Below, in pieces: positions 9,994 through 19,789 of a stretch of DNA of 64,000 nucleotides; positions within the stretch are counted from its first letter, which is position 1, and every line of letters starts with the position of its first letter. This DNA comes from Bdellovibrionales bacterium (lineage in GTDB: Bacteria; Bdellovibrionota; Bdellovibrionia; Bdellovibrionales; UBA1609), in contig CBDHDF010000011.1 in the NCBI GenBank assembly GCA_965261545.1, positions 640,001 to 704,000 of the forward strand, in the 5' to 3' direction. Below the pieces are notes generated by a model. That model had not been told where the DNA came from. It did not search any database and saw only the letters and a program-made list of their open reading frames with translations. Both the position numbers and the translations under genes were made by a program.

Positions 9994-12564
9994 AGAAGTT
10001 GCACCGTGGGGGACGTCATCTATGATCCCTTCGGGTTGAGAAGAATCTTGATTGTTTTCCATGATTTTTTTTGCATCTTCTGCGGAGATAAACTGTGTTT
10101 TATCTTCCCAGCTGAGATCATTGTTCAGAGCTGTGACTTCTTCGGGTTGAGAAGAGTCTTGATCGTTTTCCATGGTTTTTTTTGCATCTTCTGCGGAGAT
10201 AAACTGTGTTTTATCTTCCCAGCTGAGATCATTGTTCAGAGCTGTGACTTCTTCGGGTTGAGAAGAGTCTTGATCGTTTTCCATGGTTTTTTTTGCATCT
10301 TCTGCGGAGATAAACTGTGTTTTATCTTCCCAGCTGAGATCATTGTTCAGAGCTGTGACTTCTTCGGGTTGAGAAGAGTCTTGATCGTTTTCCATGATTT
10401 TTTTTGCATCTTCTGCGGAGATAAACTGTGTTTTATCTTCCCAGCTGAGATCACTATCCAAGGTGTTGGATAATTCTTCAGAACTCACTGAAGGCTTGTG
10501 ACTGCTTTTCAATTGAATATCGCCATGGAGAGAGGCTAACTCTTCAGCTCCCCACTCTTCTCGATCTTCCAATTCCCATTGGGATTGGGTTTGGGAGTGA
10601 GTGGCCACGTCATCGAAGGCTTCAGTGGCGTGGAGACCTGAGGTTTCTGAAGTATCTTGCAAATGTTCTTCCACTTCTACTTGTGTTTCTGCTTCTGATT
10701 GTATTGGCAGGGAGGCCATCGAAGACGGCTCTTGACGTTTTTCTTTGGCGGTTTCGGGAAAGGCAAGAGAGAAAACGTTTCCTTGAGTTGGACTTGAGTT
10801 GATTTGAAGTTCTCCACCAAAGCTTTTTATCAAACCCATAATAACTGTGAGTTTGGCCCCAAGGGGGTTATCATTCTTTTGAGGCGAGTAAGAGGGTTCA
10901 AAGATTTGGCTTAAAATTTCAGAAGGAATTTCTATTCCTGTATTCTGAATATTTAAATAAACTTTGGCTTCTTTGCTGAAGAGTTCAACGAAAATATTCT
11001 TCGTTGAAGTGTTTTCTATGGATCCAATAGAGATTTGTAAAAGGCTGTTGAACAGAATTCTGAATTGATTTTCAATTCCTTTGACATGCACTGAGTGAGG
11101 CATCTTTTTTGAAAATGTTATATTTTTGTTTTTGATGTCTTTAGGTAAAGAGTTCATCAAGTCGAGAAGAATTTTTCGAAGTTCCACATCCACCAGTGAT
11201 GTCTCTTCATCTCCGACCACCCTTAGTAGTTTTTCATTGGTGTTGTGCAGTTGGCGGGCTTCTCTTTCAACGACTCTCAAGTGTTCAACAACGTCTTCTT
11301 TAGATACTTTCTCAAGAGCCATTTGAACATGGCCAAGAATGACGGATAACATGCCTCGGGATGACTGCATGGTAGTCATGAAGATGTGATTTAAAGCCTT
11401 GTGTTCCTCATGAAGTTCGTGATTTCCCTGTTCTTCACTTAGATCTTTTAGACCTTCTTGCTGTAGTGATAATGTATTGGCGCCACCTAAACTTTCTTTA
11501 GGTGAGGAGGAGTTCATATCATTTTGTATGGCCTTCATGGCTTGTCCCATGGCCCACCAAGATTTACTATTTCCAAGAGGTTCGCCGACTGATTGACGAC
11601 GAGCCAGAGATATAACTCCGTGAAAGAGATATTCATATTGCTTAACAAAGGCTTCTTGAAGGGTGAGTAGAAAACTGATGGCAACAAGGATAACAATCAT
11701 AGCTATAATAAGAATTCGAATCAAGACATTTTGACCGATGAGGTGTATCCAACTGGGGACCATTTGGCTTACACCAACATACATATTGCTACCAATGACT
11801 TTTTCATAGGCCCCTATCACTTTGTTGGTTTTAAAATCTGTGTATTGGCCTGAACTCTGGTCATCTTGACCTTTGTTGAGAAGGATGGATTGAACAACGG
11901 CATTTCCCTCGATCTTTGTGCCAAGGTACTTTCTTTGTGAGTAGGCGAGAGCATATCCATGAGTGTCAATAATAAAGGCTTCATCCACCCCCCCCTTGTA
12001 AAGCTGATCAATATCTGCAAAAAAATGGTTTGGCAAGAATCCCACATAAATCTTATTTTGATTTTGAATGATGGCAGCAATATAGTTCGTTCCTTTAGTG
12101 AAGGTGACACTTCCAAAATAAATGGAGTCTTCCAGTGAGCGAGGTAAGGACAAGGTTTGGATTATTTTGAGAATATTGGGGGCCGACCACTCTAGAGAGG
12201 AGGAATTTAAGGGTCTTTTCCACTGGAGTATGAGGGTATCTGTGGTTGAGTACTGCCACTCAGAGATATGGACAAAAGGACTTTGGTCTTTCGTCGGGCT
12301 CTTTGTCTGCTCCTTCATCTTATTTTTTAATGAGGAAGTCCTTTTTTTTAATAAAAAGATGAACTCTTTGCGGAGGTTTTTCACCTTTTGAGCCAAGACA
12401 TATTGGAGGTGCTGAACACTCTTTTCCGTGGAGTTTTGTAGATTTTCGTGGGCTTGTGGAATGTGGTATTTGGAAAACTGCCAAATGGAGAATGACGCCA
12501 TAGCTAGAACAGAAGCAGTAAGTATAACAATTGGTAAAGTGCGCATACTTCCAGAATCCTCCAT
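9889..12564 (-). CDS. Membrane sensor with Cache-like domain, degenerate histidine-kinase core and acidic repeat tail
   Basis: Two TM helices flank a periplasmic domain (AFIIDTHGYALAYS). HisKA/HATPase-like segments SVILGHVQMA, QNTGIEIP..IFEP and FGGELQINS have degenerate H, N and G boxes. Confidence 0.75.
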   Translation of the reverse strand: MEDSGSMRTLPIVILTASVLAMASFSIWQFSKYHIPQAHENLQNSTEKSVQHLQYVLAQKVKNLRKEFIFLLKKRTSSLKNKMKEQTKSPTKDQSPFVHISEWQYSTTDTLILQWKRPLNSSSLEWSAPNILKIIQTLSLPRSLEDSIYFGSVTFTKGTNYIAAIIQNQNKIYVGFLPNHFFADIDQLYKGGVDEAFIIDTHGYALAYSQRKYLGTKIEGNAVVQSILLNKGQDDQSSGQYTDFKTNKVIGAYEKVIGSNMYVGVSQMVPSWIHLIGQNVLIRILIIAMIVILVAISFLLTLQEAFVKQYEYLFHGVISLARRQSVGEPLGNSKSWWAMGQAMKAIQNDMNSSSPKESLGGANTLSLQQEGLKDLSEEQGNHELHEEHKALNHIFMTTMQSSRGMLSVILGHVQMALEKVSKEDVVEHLRVVEREARQLHNTNEKLLRVVGDEETSLVDVELRKILLDLMNSLPKDIKNKNITFSKKMPHSVHVKGIENQFRILFNSLLQISIGSIENTSTKNIFVELFSKEAKVYLNIQNTGIEIPSEILSQIFEPSYSPQKNDNPLGAKLTVIMGLIKSFGGELQINSSPTQGNVFSLAFPETAKEKRQEPSSMASLPIQSEAETQVEVEEHLQDTSETSGLHATEAFDDVATHSQTQSQWELEDREEWGAEELASLHGDIQLKSSHKPSVSSEELSNTLDSDLSWEDKTQFISAEDAKKIMENDQDSSQPEEVTALNNDLSWEDKTQFISAEDAKKTMENDQDSSQPEEVTALNNDLSWEDKTQFISAEDAKKTMENDQDSSQPEEVTALNNDLSWEDKTQFISAEDAKKIMENNQDSSQPEGIIDDVPHGATSESDNLDTALQVEAAQGESDNLDTALQLFSGGGTR
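10029..10453. repeat. 111-bp coding tandem repeat, ~3.8 near-identical copies (37 aa unit DLSWEDKTQFISAEDAKKxMENDQDSSQPEEVTALNN)
   Basis: ttcgggttgagaag recurs at 10030, 10141, 10252 and 10363. Confidence 0.97.
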
Positions 12565-12946
12565 GGTGAAATAAGCTCTGAAACTTAATTCATGGTTTTA
12601 TGTTTCTTTCAAAATGACTAAATAACTTCAGTATGTTACGGTCCTAATAATCATCTGACTTTCCCTCCTGATTTTCTCGTGAACTGTCGCCACATGGAGG
12701 CTTGGTCTCTAGGACTGATTATGGTACCACCATTGAGAAAGAGAAATAACAAGTCCTAAAAGGGCAAGTTCTAGATTCTTAATTATATTAATTATAAGTT
12801 TAATATAATACTAAATCAAGAACAACAAAGGTTACAAAAGTCTTAAGGTATGTGTTTATTCGATTTGTTTGTCATTTTTTGAGGTTTGGCGGCTATTCCT
12901 AATAAATCTAGACCTCCAAAGATAGGCTTCCCCGATATAAATCTCT

Positions 12947-13006
12947 ACCGTGGAGTTGACCGTGGAGTTGACCGTGGAGTTGACCGTGGAGTTGACCGTG
13001 GAGTTG
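12947..13006. repeat. Perfect 12-bp tandem repeat (accgtggagttg)x5, intergenic
   Basis: Five exact copies read directly. Confidence 0.97.
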
Positions 13007-13143
13007 GCAGAAATTTGCTTTCTAGGCCGATTTTACTTATAATGGTGAGTAGGGTAGTATCTGGAGGCTTCGCCATGAAACCTAAGGAACATCAATCGTA
13101 GCTTTTTGAAAGAAAAATGACAAACTAGGGTAACTCTAATAAA

Positions 13144-14376
13144 ATGTCTCTTCCATCCTACATCCTGCCTCGCACTTCATCCCATTCCTTGCCCTACTCC
13201 CTTCCGATATTTAACTCATACTCACCTTTTAGAGAATCTGAGCTGATTCTTATACCCGTACCATGGGAGGTTACGTCTTCCTATGGAGGAGGTAGTTCCA
13301 TGGGACCTGCAAGTATTCTTGAGGCCAGTTTGCAATTGGATTATTGGGACTTTGAGTTTGGCGATATTAGGGGCAAAGGTATCCATTGGGATGGCCCCCA
13401 AGATGAAGTGAAAACCAAGAGCCACAAATATAAAAATTTAGCCCAAAGAGTCATGAATTCATGGAGCGAAATAGACCCATGGAGTGAGTTGGAGGCAATA
13501 CCTGTTTTGAGTGAAGAGAACAAGAAAGAACTTGCAGCGGTCAATCAAGCAAGCCAAGAGCTCAATGACTGGCTCTATAAAAAAACTCTTGCTGTCTTGA
13601 ATGCCCCCCAAAAGGCCAAGGTGGGAATCATTGGAGGAGACCACTCCTCCCCACTAGGCTCTATAAAAGCTCATTGTGAAAAGTATCCTCAAATGGGTCT
13701 TCTTCACATTGATGCCCATGCTGACCTAAGAAAATCCTACCAGGGTTTTAAAGGCTCCCATGCCTCCATTATGAGAAATGTCATGGAGCTAGAAAAGGCT
13801 CCTTCCATTCTTACACAAGTGGGGGTGCGTGATTATTGTGAAGAAGAATTCAATTATATTTGCCAAAGAAAAGATATTCAATGTTTCTTTGATAGAGATA
13901 TAAAGAGCCAACTATTTTCAAATACACACTGGGATGATATTTGCCACTCTATTATTCAAACATTGCCTGATAAAGTTTATATCTCCCTTGATATTGATGG
14001 ATTAAGTCCTGAATTTTGTCCCCATACAGGAACCCCGGTTCCTGGAGGTCTATCCTATGATCAAACTATCCACTTGTTAAGTGTGCTTAGAAAAAGTCAC
14101 AAAACAGTGATTGGGTTTGACCTTTGTGAAGTTGCGCCAGCAGGCAAAGAAGAAAGAGTTGGAACAGATGAGAATGATGAGGATGACGAGAGCGATAAAA
14201 GTGACGCAAACAATGGTAGTAATGGAAGCGACGCAAGCAATGATATTAATGAATTTAACCAACGTAAGAGTGCAAGGGAGTGGGATGCCAACGTAGGAGC
14301 AAGAATTCTCTATCAACTTTGTGGCCTTGTTCTCCAGCCAAGCTCCACAGAAGGCTTTAGGCACACAAAGAAATAA
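13144..14376 (+). CDS. speB: Agmatinase/ureohydrolase family protein
   Basis: GGDHS, HIDAHADLR, SHAS, SLDIDGL, TGTPVPGGL, FDLCEVAP. Confidence 0.88.
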   Translation: MSLPSYILPRTSSHSLPYSLPIFNSYSPFRESELILIPVPWEVTSSYGGGSSMGPASILEASLQLDYWDFEFGDIRGKGIHWDGPQDEVKTKSHKYKNLAQRVMNSWSEIDPWSELEAIPVLSEENKKELAAVNQASQELNDWLYKKTLAVLNAPQKAKVGIIGGDHSSPLGSIKAHCEKYPQMGLLHIDAHADLRKSYQGFKGSHASIMRNVMELEKAPSILTQVGVRDYCEEEFNYICQRKDIQCFFDRDIKSQLFSNTHWDDICHSIIQTLPDKVYISLDIDGLSPEFCPHTGTPVPGGLSYDQTIHLLSVLRKSHKTVIGFDLCEVAPAGKEERVGTDENDEDDESDKSDANNGSNGSDASNDINEFNQRKSAREWDANVGARILYQLCGLVLQPSSTEGFRHTKK

Positions 14377-14502
14377 CCTCGCGAAGCCAGAACTAAGAAT
14401 TTGGTGAAAAGTGACTACAAAAAACCTAACTTTTGGCGCCAAGAAACGAACAGAGGAGGTGAAACAAAGGAATAAGTTCGTATGTTCTGAAAGAAATGGG
14501 GT

Positions 14503-14590
14503 TGGGCCCTGAGGTCCAGTTCAAGATACTGGGGGATCCATGGACTTAGGTCCTGAAACCTAGTTCAAAACGCTGGGGAATGCAGGTATT
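14503..14590. repeat. Two degenerate ~44-bp units of a dispersed intergenic repeat family
   Basis: ggccctgaggtccagttcaagatactgggggatcca resembles ggtcctgaaacctagttcaaaacgctggggaatgca; related to copies at 18245 and 20462-20510. Confidence 0.6.
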
Positions 14591-14697
14591 TATTAAATCA
14601 TTCAAAGAGGCATCTTCAGGACGATGCGTCAATATTGTGTGGTAGGCATGGTGTTAAGGGTGGTGTCAGCAAATGTATGATGTTGTGTGATGATGGC

Positions 14698-14715
14698 TTG
14701 GCGTTATTTTTGCAT
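14698..14715 (+). promoter_or_regulatory. Candidate sigma54 (-24/-12) promoter upstream of ssb
   Basis: TTGGCGTTATTTTTGCAT: GG-N10-GC in a TGGC...TTGC context. Confidence 0.4.
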
Positions 14716-14949
14716 ATGTCTTGCATATATGTGACTTCGGAAGTTATGTTTTTTGTGTGAAAGGGTTGTAGGTCTTGATTTCAAGCCATAAAGTCATTGA
14801 GCCATCACACTATGGATCACTGGCTTCCGCAATAAGGTCAAAACAAGGTAAAAGCAAAAGCATAGTTACAAGTAAGAAAGTAAAGAAACGAAAAGAAAGA
14901 AACAACGGTAAGGTTAACGTGAAAAGTTAGCGTGAAAGGAGAATCCAAT

Positions 14950-15411
14950 ATGGCAGGTATCAATAAAGTCATTCTTGTAGGTCATTTAGGCAGCGACCCT
15001 GAGGTTAAAAATCTTTCCAGTGGCCAGATGGTCACTCAGTTCAATCTTGCCACCAGTGAGGGGTGGACGGGTAAAGACGGGCAAAAGCAGGAGCGTACGG
15101 AGTGGCACCGTGTTGTCGTGTGGGGAAAGTTGGCTGATATTTGTGGTAAATATTTAAGCAAAGGGCGTCAGGTGTATGTGGAGGGCCGCCTTCAAACCAA
15201 TTCGTGGGAAGATCAGCAGGGTCAAAAGCGTTATACAACTGAAATTGTAGGCTCTACAGTTCAATTTTTAGGGTCCCGTGGGGAGCAGAAACCGAGTTCC
15301 ATGGCAACGGCCAATGACAATGCGGTGGATTCCACGGGCAATGGTCATATGGGTTCGCAAAATTTTGGTCCAGAACCTTCCTTTGATAGCAACGAAGAGG
15401 TGCCATTTTAA
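14950..15411 (+). CDS. ssb: Single-stranded DNA-binding protein
   Basis: [39 protein letters not shown], acidic tail EEVPF; SD AGGAG. Confidence 0.98.
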   Translation: MAGINKVILVGHLGSDPEVKNLSSGQMVTQFNLATSEGWTGKDGQKQERTEWHRVVVWGKLADICGKYLSKGRQVYVEGRLQTNSWEDQQGQKRYTTEIVGSTVQFLGSRGEQKPSSMATANDNAVDSTGNGHMGSQNFGPEPSFDSNEEVPF

Positions 15412-15422
15412 TGATTTTTTTT

Positions 15423-15460
15423 GGGGGGCCCTCCTCAGAGATCTTCTCGTTGAGGGCCTT
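15423..15460 (+). terminator. GC-rich hairpin after ssb
   Basis: ggggccctc...gagggcctt stem directly after the stop. Confidence 0.45.
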
Positions 15461-15652
15461 CTGCTGTCTCCACCATGGGCGACTTTTTAAGTTCAAACTG
15501 AATGAACTTTTGCAAACTGAGTTATTTCATATTGTAAACCCAGCATTTAGTTTAGTTTGTCCATATTATCTATAGGTTTCATTGGTCGATGTTCAAAAAG
15601 CCTACTAATATTTATCCATTAGGAGAAAGAGGTTGAGGGGATATATAATTCG

Positions 15653-16186
15653 ATGTGGTATAAACCAGTAAAGTATATGATAAGTTATATCAGACCCTGT
15701 TGCTTACAACAGATCACTTTCTTTTCGCCCTTCATACCCTTACCATTTTTTCTACCCTTTCTCCTATGCTTTCTTCTGGGCTGTGAGCTTTACCAATCCC
15801 CCCTTCGCCTATGTGTCAAATCTCCAACAAAGAAGAATTGTAAACAACTTACCATTGATTTTTCGAAAAGCCTCAAAGCCAATGCTAAAAAACACTGTCT
15901 TTTTAGTGAAAGTGATGTGGTTTTTCTCAGTGAGATGAGTGTTTTCGATGAAGGGCGGTTTCCCCCAAATCCGGTTCTTCAGAGTGAGGAGGAGGGGCTT
16001 CGTGTGCGGAAAAAGGGTGATCTTGCCCATGTGGAAATTTCTGTGAATGATCTTGACCCTTTGGTATTTCACTGTGTCTTTGACGTCGCCAATGTTTCCA
16101 AGGAAGTTTATATTCCCTTGGCCCATGATCTCGTGGAGACACTATATATGTCCCATTTAGGTCTAGGTCCCAAGAGGTTTCATTAG
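15653..16186 (+). CDS. Hypothetical protein, probable lipoprotein
   Basis: Hydrophobic stretch ending in a LLGC lipobox; start uncertain. Confidence 0.55.
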   Translation: MWYKPVKYMISYIRPCCLQQITFFSPFIPLPFFLPFLLCFLLGCELYQSPLRLCVKSPTKKNCKQLTIDFSKSLKANAKKHCLFSESDVVFLSEMSVFDEGRFPPNPVLQSEEEGLRVRKKGDLAHVEISVNDLDPLVFHCVFDVANVSKEVYIPLAHDLVETLYMSHLGLGPKRFH

Positions 16187-16294
16187 AGATTTCATTGTTT
16201 TTTTTGAGTTGATGGAGCAGGAAAAGCAGTTATTGGCTGTAATTTGAACACAAGCATAACGACAATAATATAAAATATAAAGGGGAAAAGAAAG

Positions 16295-17206
16295 ATGCTT
16301 TTTTCACACCGCTTGCAAGGATGTTTACTTACTGTCTTCCTAACTTTGACTTTAAGCTTTCTGTACCCTTGGTTTTCCGTGGAAGCAGCCACTATTCTTA
16401 AGGTCAAAGGACGCAAGGTACTCATTGACAGAGAGGGCGGTCGTTTTAAGAAGGGCCAGGTTTTGAGAATTGTGTCTAAAAATGGTAGAAAGCGTGGTTC
16501 TTTGAGGATTACAAAACTCACAAAGAAGGGCCGTGCTGTGGGTCGGATTCTTAAGGGAAAAGCTCGTCGAGGCTGGAAGCTAAAGGGCAAGAAATTGCGA
16601 GGCAGTGGTCGTGGTGAGCAGCAGGGTACAATGTCTCAGAGCGGCCCTGATAGGGACAAAAATGTTTCTCATGCCAAGAACCACTGGGGTTTTCTCGCTG
16701 GAATGGGTATGCACTCCATGTCTGCGAAGCAGTACCCTGTGGGGACACCAACAAAAATGGCTTCTATGTCGGGAACAGGTTTTACTCTCAAGGGTCTTTG
16801 GGATTATAAAATATCCAATATGATGGAGCTTCGCACCTTGACTGGTTTGCAGCAGCTTCAAGCTTCTTCTGAGGATTCCTTTTGTGGCATAAATAATAAT
16901 GAGATGTGTGAGGTGAGCATCAGTTATTTTTCCGTGGATATATGGGGTCGATTTGTTTTTTCCTATTCTTTTCGTCCTTGGGTTGGTATGGGCATCAACC
17001 TACTTTACCCCCTTTCCCATGATTCCAGTGCTATCGATAAGGACTCTATTTCTTCTACCAGCGCCATGGTATTTGGGGGAGGTATGGAATGGAACCTAGG
17101 GGGCATGACTATTCCCATTCAAATTCAATATGACATTTATCCATCCTCGGAGGATGTTTCAGCCAGTTCCATTGTAGTTAAAGCAGGGATATTATTTCCT
17201 TTTTAA
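16295..17206 (+). CDS. Secreted protein: basic N-terminal domain plus probable outer-membrane beta-barrel
   Basis: Signal peptide (VEA-A), K/R-rich domain, amphipathic strands, terminal ...AGILFPF. Confidence 0.7.
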   Translation: MLFSHRLQGCLLTVFLTLTLSFLYPWFSVEAATILKVKGRKVLIDREGGRFKKGQVLRIVSKNGRKRGSLRITKLTKKGRAVGRILKGKARRGWKLKGKKLRGSGRGEQQGTMSQSGPDRDKNVSHAKNHWGFLAGMGMHSMSAKQYPVGTPTKMASMSGTGFTLKGLWDYKISNMMELRTLTGLQQLQASSEDSFCGINNNEMCEVSISYFSVDIWGRFVFSYSFRPWVGMGINLLYPLSHDSSAIDKDSISSTSAMVFGGGMEWNLGGMTIPIQIQYDIYPSSEDVSASSIVVKAGILFPF

Positions 17207-17453
17207 AAGGTCGTTCTTGCTCACTTATGAGAAAGCACTCTAGGGTCCGCCCTCTTTAAAGATTCACAAATAAAGGCCACGTCTAAGATGCACCATTATC
17301 AAGTGTCGCATTTGGGGTATTTTTTGTCCTTGTTTTGTTAAGTGAATTTACAGGCCCTTGGACTTGGTCAGAATATTTATATTTCCCCCTATTGAGGCTT
17401 TACAATCTTGGCCCCCTATCTGCAATAAGAATATATAGGTAAAGGGGGAAAGC

Positions 17454-18206
17454 ATGGGCAAAGGAGATAAGGCGAGCAAGAAATATATATGCCAAGCTTG
17501 TCAGAAGCCGATCTCTCCAGAAAGGTTTTTTGGGGACACTGTCGCTTGTGATTGCGGTTGGACATTTTCTTTGTCGGCTGAGAAAAAGGGTTTCTCTTTA
17601 GACACGACATCTGTGATTCTTGTGTTGGTGGCTTTTGGTATGATTCTCGGTTTTATTCATGTGTTTCACTGGAGTTCTCATTCCATAAGAATTATTCCTC
17701 TTAAAGCACAGCAAGCTCTGGGTTTGGCGGATGCTCCTCAACTTAGACAGATTGCCTCTATTTGCAAAGAGCGAAAAAATTGGGACTGTGTGATTCGAGC
17801 CCACAGTCAAACCTATGAGAAAGACTCAGGTGAGATTGAAGTTTTGGGTGAACTGGCCAAGCTTTATATGGATTTAGGGAATAAAGAATCGGGTCTTGAC
17901 ACTTATCGGACATATTTTGAGAGTGGGGGAGGAAAGGCAAAGGCTCGCTACGCATATGCCAAGTTGTTGGGGGGGGCGGGAAAACCTCAAGAGGCCATAT
18001 CTCAGTATCAGATTCTTTTGAAGAGCCAAGGAGATAAAGTCCATGCCGGAGTTGTGCGTTCTTATGTACTTATGTTGACAAACCACAAAATGTGGAAGCT
18101 TGCGAAACAAGAGATTGAAAGCTACCGCCAAAAATCACAGTCAGCTGCATTGTTTATGGAGGATGAGTTGAAAAAGATTCAAGGTCACCTCCAAGAGGCT
18201 ATTTAA
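17454..18206 (+). CDS. Zn-ribbon + TM + TPR hypothetical protein
   Basis: CQAC...CDCG, one TM, TPR-like helices. Confidence 0.7.
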   Translation: MGKGDKASKKYICQACQKPISPERFFGDTVACDCGWTFSLSAEKKGFSLDTTSVILVLVAFGMILGFIHVFHWSSHSIRIIPLKAQQALGLADAPQLRQIASICKERKNWDCVIRAHSQTYEKDSGEIEVLGELAKLYMDLGNKESGLDTYRTYFESGGGKAKARYAYAKLLGGAGKPQEAISQYQILLKSQGDKVHAGVVRSYVLMLTNHKMWKLAKQEIESYRQKSQSAALFMEDELKKIQGHLQEAI

Positions 18207-18224
18207 TCAATCGGAGTACTCATT

Positions 18225-18245
18225 TGGGCCTTTCTGGACAGAAAC
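18225..18245 (+). mobile_element. Isolated right end of the ISNCY/ISDol1-like element
   Basis: tgggcctttctggacagaaac is identical to 62392-62412 and is followed by a TAGTTA target-type hexamer. Confidence 0.8.
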
Positions 18246-18272
18246 TAGTTATAATTGGAGGGGAATTCAGGT
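18245..18272 (+). repeat. Dispersed repeat, inverted partner of 20462-20489
   Basis: ctagttataattggaggggaattcaggt matches the reverse complement of 20462-20489 at 27/28. Confidence 0.85.
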
Positions 18273-18297
18273 TGCTTATCTGTTGTGTTTTCCCAGA

Positions 18298-19185
18298 CTA
18301 ACTTGCTTTTTTAAGGCTCTTCCCAGGGGAGAGTCGATAACCTTTTCCATAGATACTGATGAGGTGGTGGTCTAGGGAGGGAAATATTTTTTTAAGTTTT
18401 GATATATGGGCATCAATGGATCGTGCAGATATTTTTAAATGAGACCAAACATTGGTTTGGAGCCATGACCTTGTGAGTAAGGTGTTGGGATAGGATATAA
18501 AGACTTGGAGGAGGCGGAATTGGGTGGGGGTTGTATGGATGGCTTTGCCAGCAACTTTGACAGTATACTTTTTTGTATCTAAACAAATGTTATTAAAGGA
18601 GAGGAGTTGGCGCTGTCCATGAAAGAGTTTGTTGTGGATTTGGAGATTTTTGGAGTGTTCTTGCCATCGCTCCATTCTTTGCATAATGGCATGTATGCGG
18701 CAGTTTATTTGCCAAGACTCATGTCGCAAGGGAATCAAATCATCGGCACCATAATTGAAACATAATATTTCTTCATGAGGTGTGAGCTTGTGGCCACAAG
18801 CAATGATGCCAAGAAAAAGCTGATGAGGTTGCTTGCGTACACATTCAATAAGCTTTATGGGAAACATACTTAAATCAATCACAAGAATATGAGGGTTCCA
18901 CTCTTGGAGAAGAAAGTGCAGTGCATTTTCTGTATGGGCCTTTTGGACTTCTATATCTATGTTTGCATCCAATGCACTTAAGCTTGTGTTTAAATTTGTG
19001 GGTGGGGAGAAGCCTTTTTTGCTAGGGTGTATGGGACGAAGTAGTGAAGTTTGTTGATGGGGAGAGGGTGGGGTGGGGAGGGAGTACTGTTGTTTGGATA
19101 TGGGGAGGGTGAAGTCATTTTTTTGGGGAGAGGAGTGAGAACACTCTTTGAGAGTTGTAAGAACTTTGATTGATATAATTGACAT
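18298..19185 (-). CDS. OmpR/PhoB-family response regulator with atypical receiver
   Basis: VIDLSM, GADDLI, winged helix TPTQFRLL...RSIDAHISKLKK...IYGKGY. Confidence 0.85.
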   Translation of the reverse strand: MSIISIKVLTTLKECSHSSPQKNDFTLPISKQQYSLPTPPSPHQQTSLLRPIHPSKKGFSPPTNLNTSLSALDANIDIEVQKAHTENALHFLLQEWNPHILVIDLSMFPIKLIECVRKQPHQLFLGIIACGHKLTPHEEILCFNYGADDLIPLRHESWQINCRIHAIMQRMERWQEHSKNLQIHNKLFHGQRQLLSFNNICLDTKKYTVKVAGKAIHTTPTQFRLLQVFISYPNTLLTRSWLQTNVWSHLKISARSIDAHISKLKKIFPSLDHHLISIYGKGYRLSPGKSLKKAS

Positions 19186-19195
19186 ACTAAAATAG

Positions 19196-19744
19196 TCATC
19201 GGTTGCATTTCTTCAAAACATGAGAGTGTGAGAAGTGCTTCGATGAACCGCTATCACAGTTATCACACAGGCCATAAAGTTCAAGCACATGATGAGTGAG
19301 TCGAAAGTGATGCTGTTTGGCCACCTGCTCTTGCAGGGCCTCGATTTGAGTATTTTCAAACTCAACAATTTTATGACATTGTGTGCATGTCATATGGTCA
19401 TGGTGTTGGTGGGTCTTAAGCTCGTAGCGAGCGGGGAGGCCGCCAATTCTTAACTCTGTGACAACTTCTTGTTCTGTCAATTTGCGTAAAAATCGATACA
19501 CTGTGGCAAAGCCGATATCAGGATACTTTTTATGAACAACCTCGAAGGATTCTTGGGCTGTGACATGGACTCTTCCGCTGGCAAAACTTCCAAGAATGGC
19601 CAAGCGTTGCCAAGTAATCTTAAGTCCCATTCTTCGGATAATACGCTTAAAAGCCTCCTCATCAAGTTTTTTACGACCAATAAGGTTTTCTTCAACGCTT
19701 TGTTTCCCTGCAATCAGAATAGGGTGTTGTTTTTTGCCAGCCAT
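19196..19744 (-). CDS. fur: Fur family transcriptional regulator
   Basis: ITWQRLAIL, ATVYRFL, HHDHMTCTQC, LYGLCDNC. Confidence 0.93.
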   Translation of the reverse strand: MAGKKQHPILIAGKQSVEENLIGRKKLDEEAFKRIIRRMGLKITWQRLAILGSFASGRVHVTAQESFEVVHKKYPDIGFATVYRFLRKLTEQEVVTELRIGGLPARYELKTHQHHDHMTCTQCHKIVEFENTQIEALQEQVAKQHHFRLTHHVLELYGLCDNCDSGSSKHFSHSHVLKKCNR

Positions 19745-19749
19745 CTATA

Positions 19750-19768
19750 AATGAGATTAGTTCTTATT
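19750..19768. promoter_or_regulatory. Fur-box-like palindrome immediately upstream of fur (autoregulation)
   Basis: AATGAGATTAGTTCTTATT, a 19-bp imperfect inverted repeat 5 bp from the start codon. Confidence 0.65.
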
Positions 19769-19789
19769 TACTTTTTAATCAAGTTGATC

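Noticed and set aside
10029..10453. Regular repeats as a CRISPR array
   Set aside because: The units are contiguous and near-identical with no unique spacers, the period is a multiple of 3 inside an ORF, and no cas genes are present.
12886..13101. 71-aa ORF with RGVD repeats
   Set aside because: TTG start, and the repeat is just the translated 12-bp VNTR; no other coding evidence.
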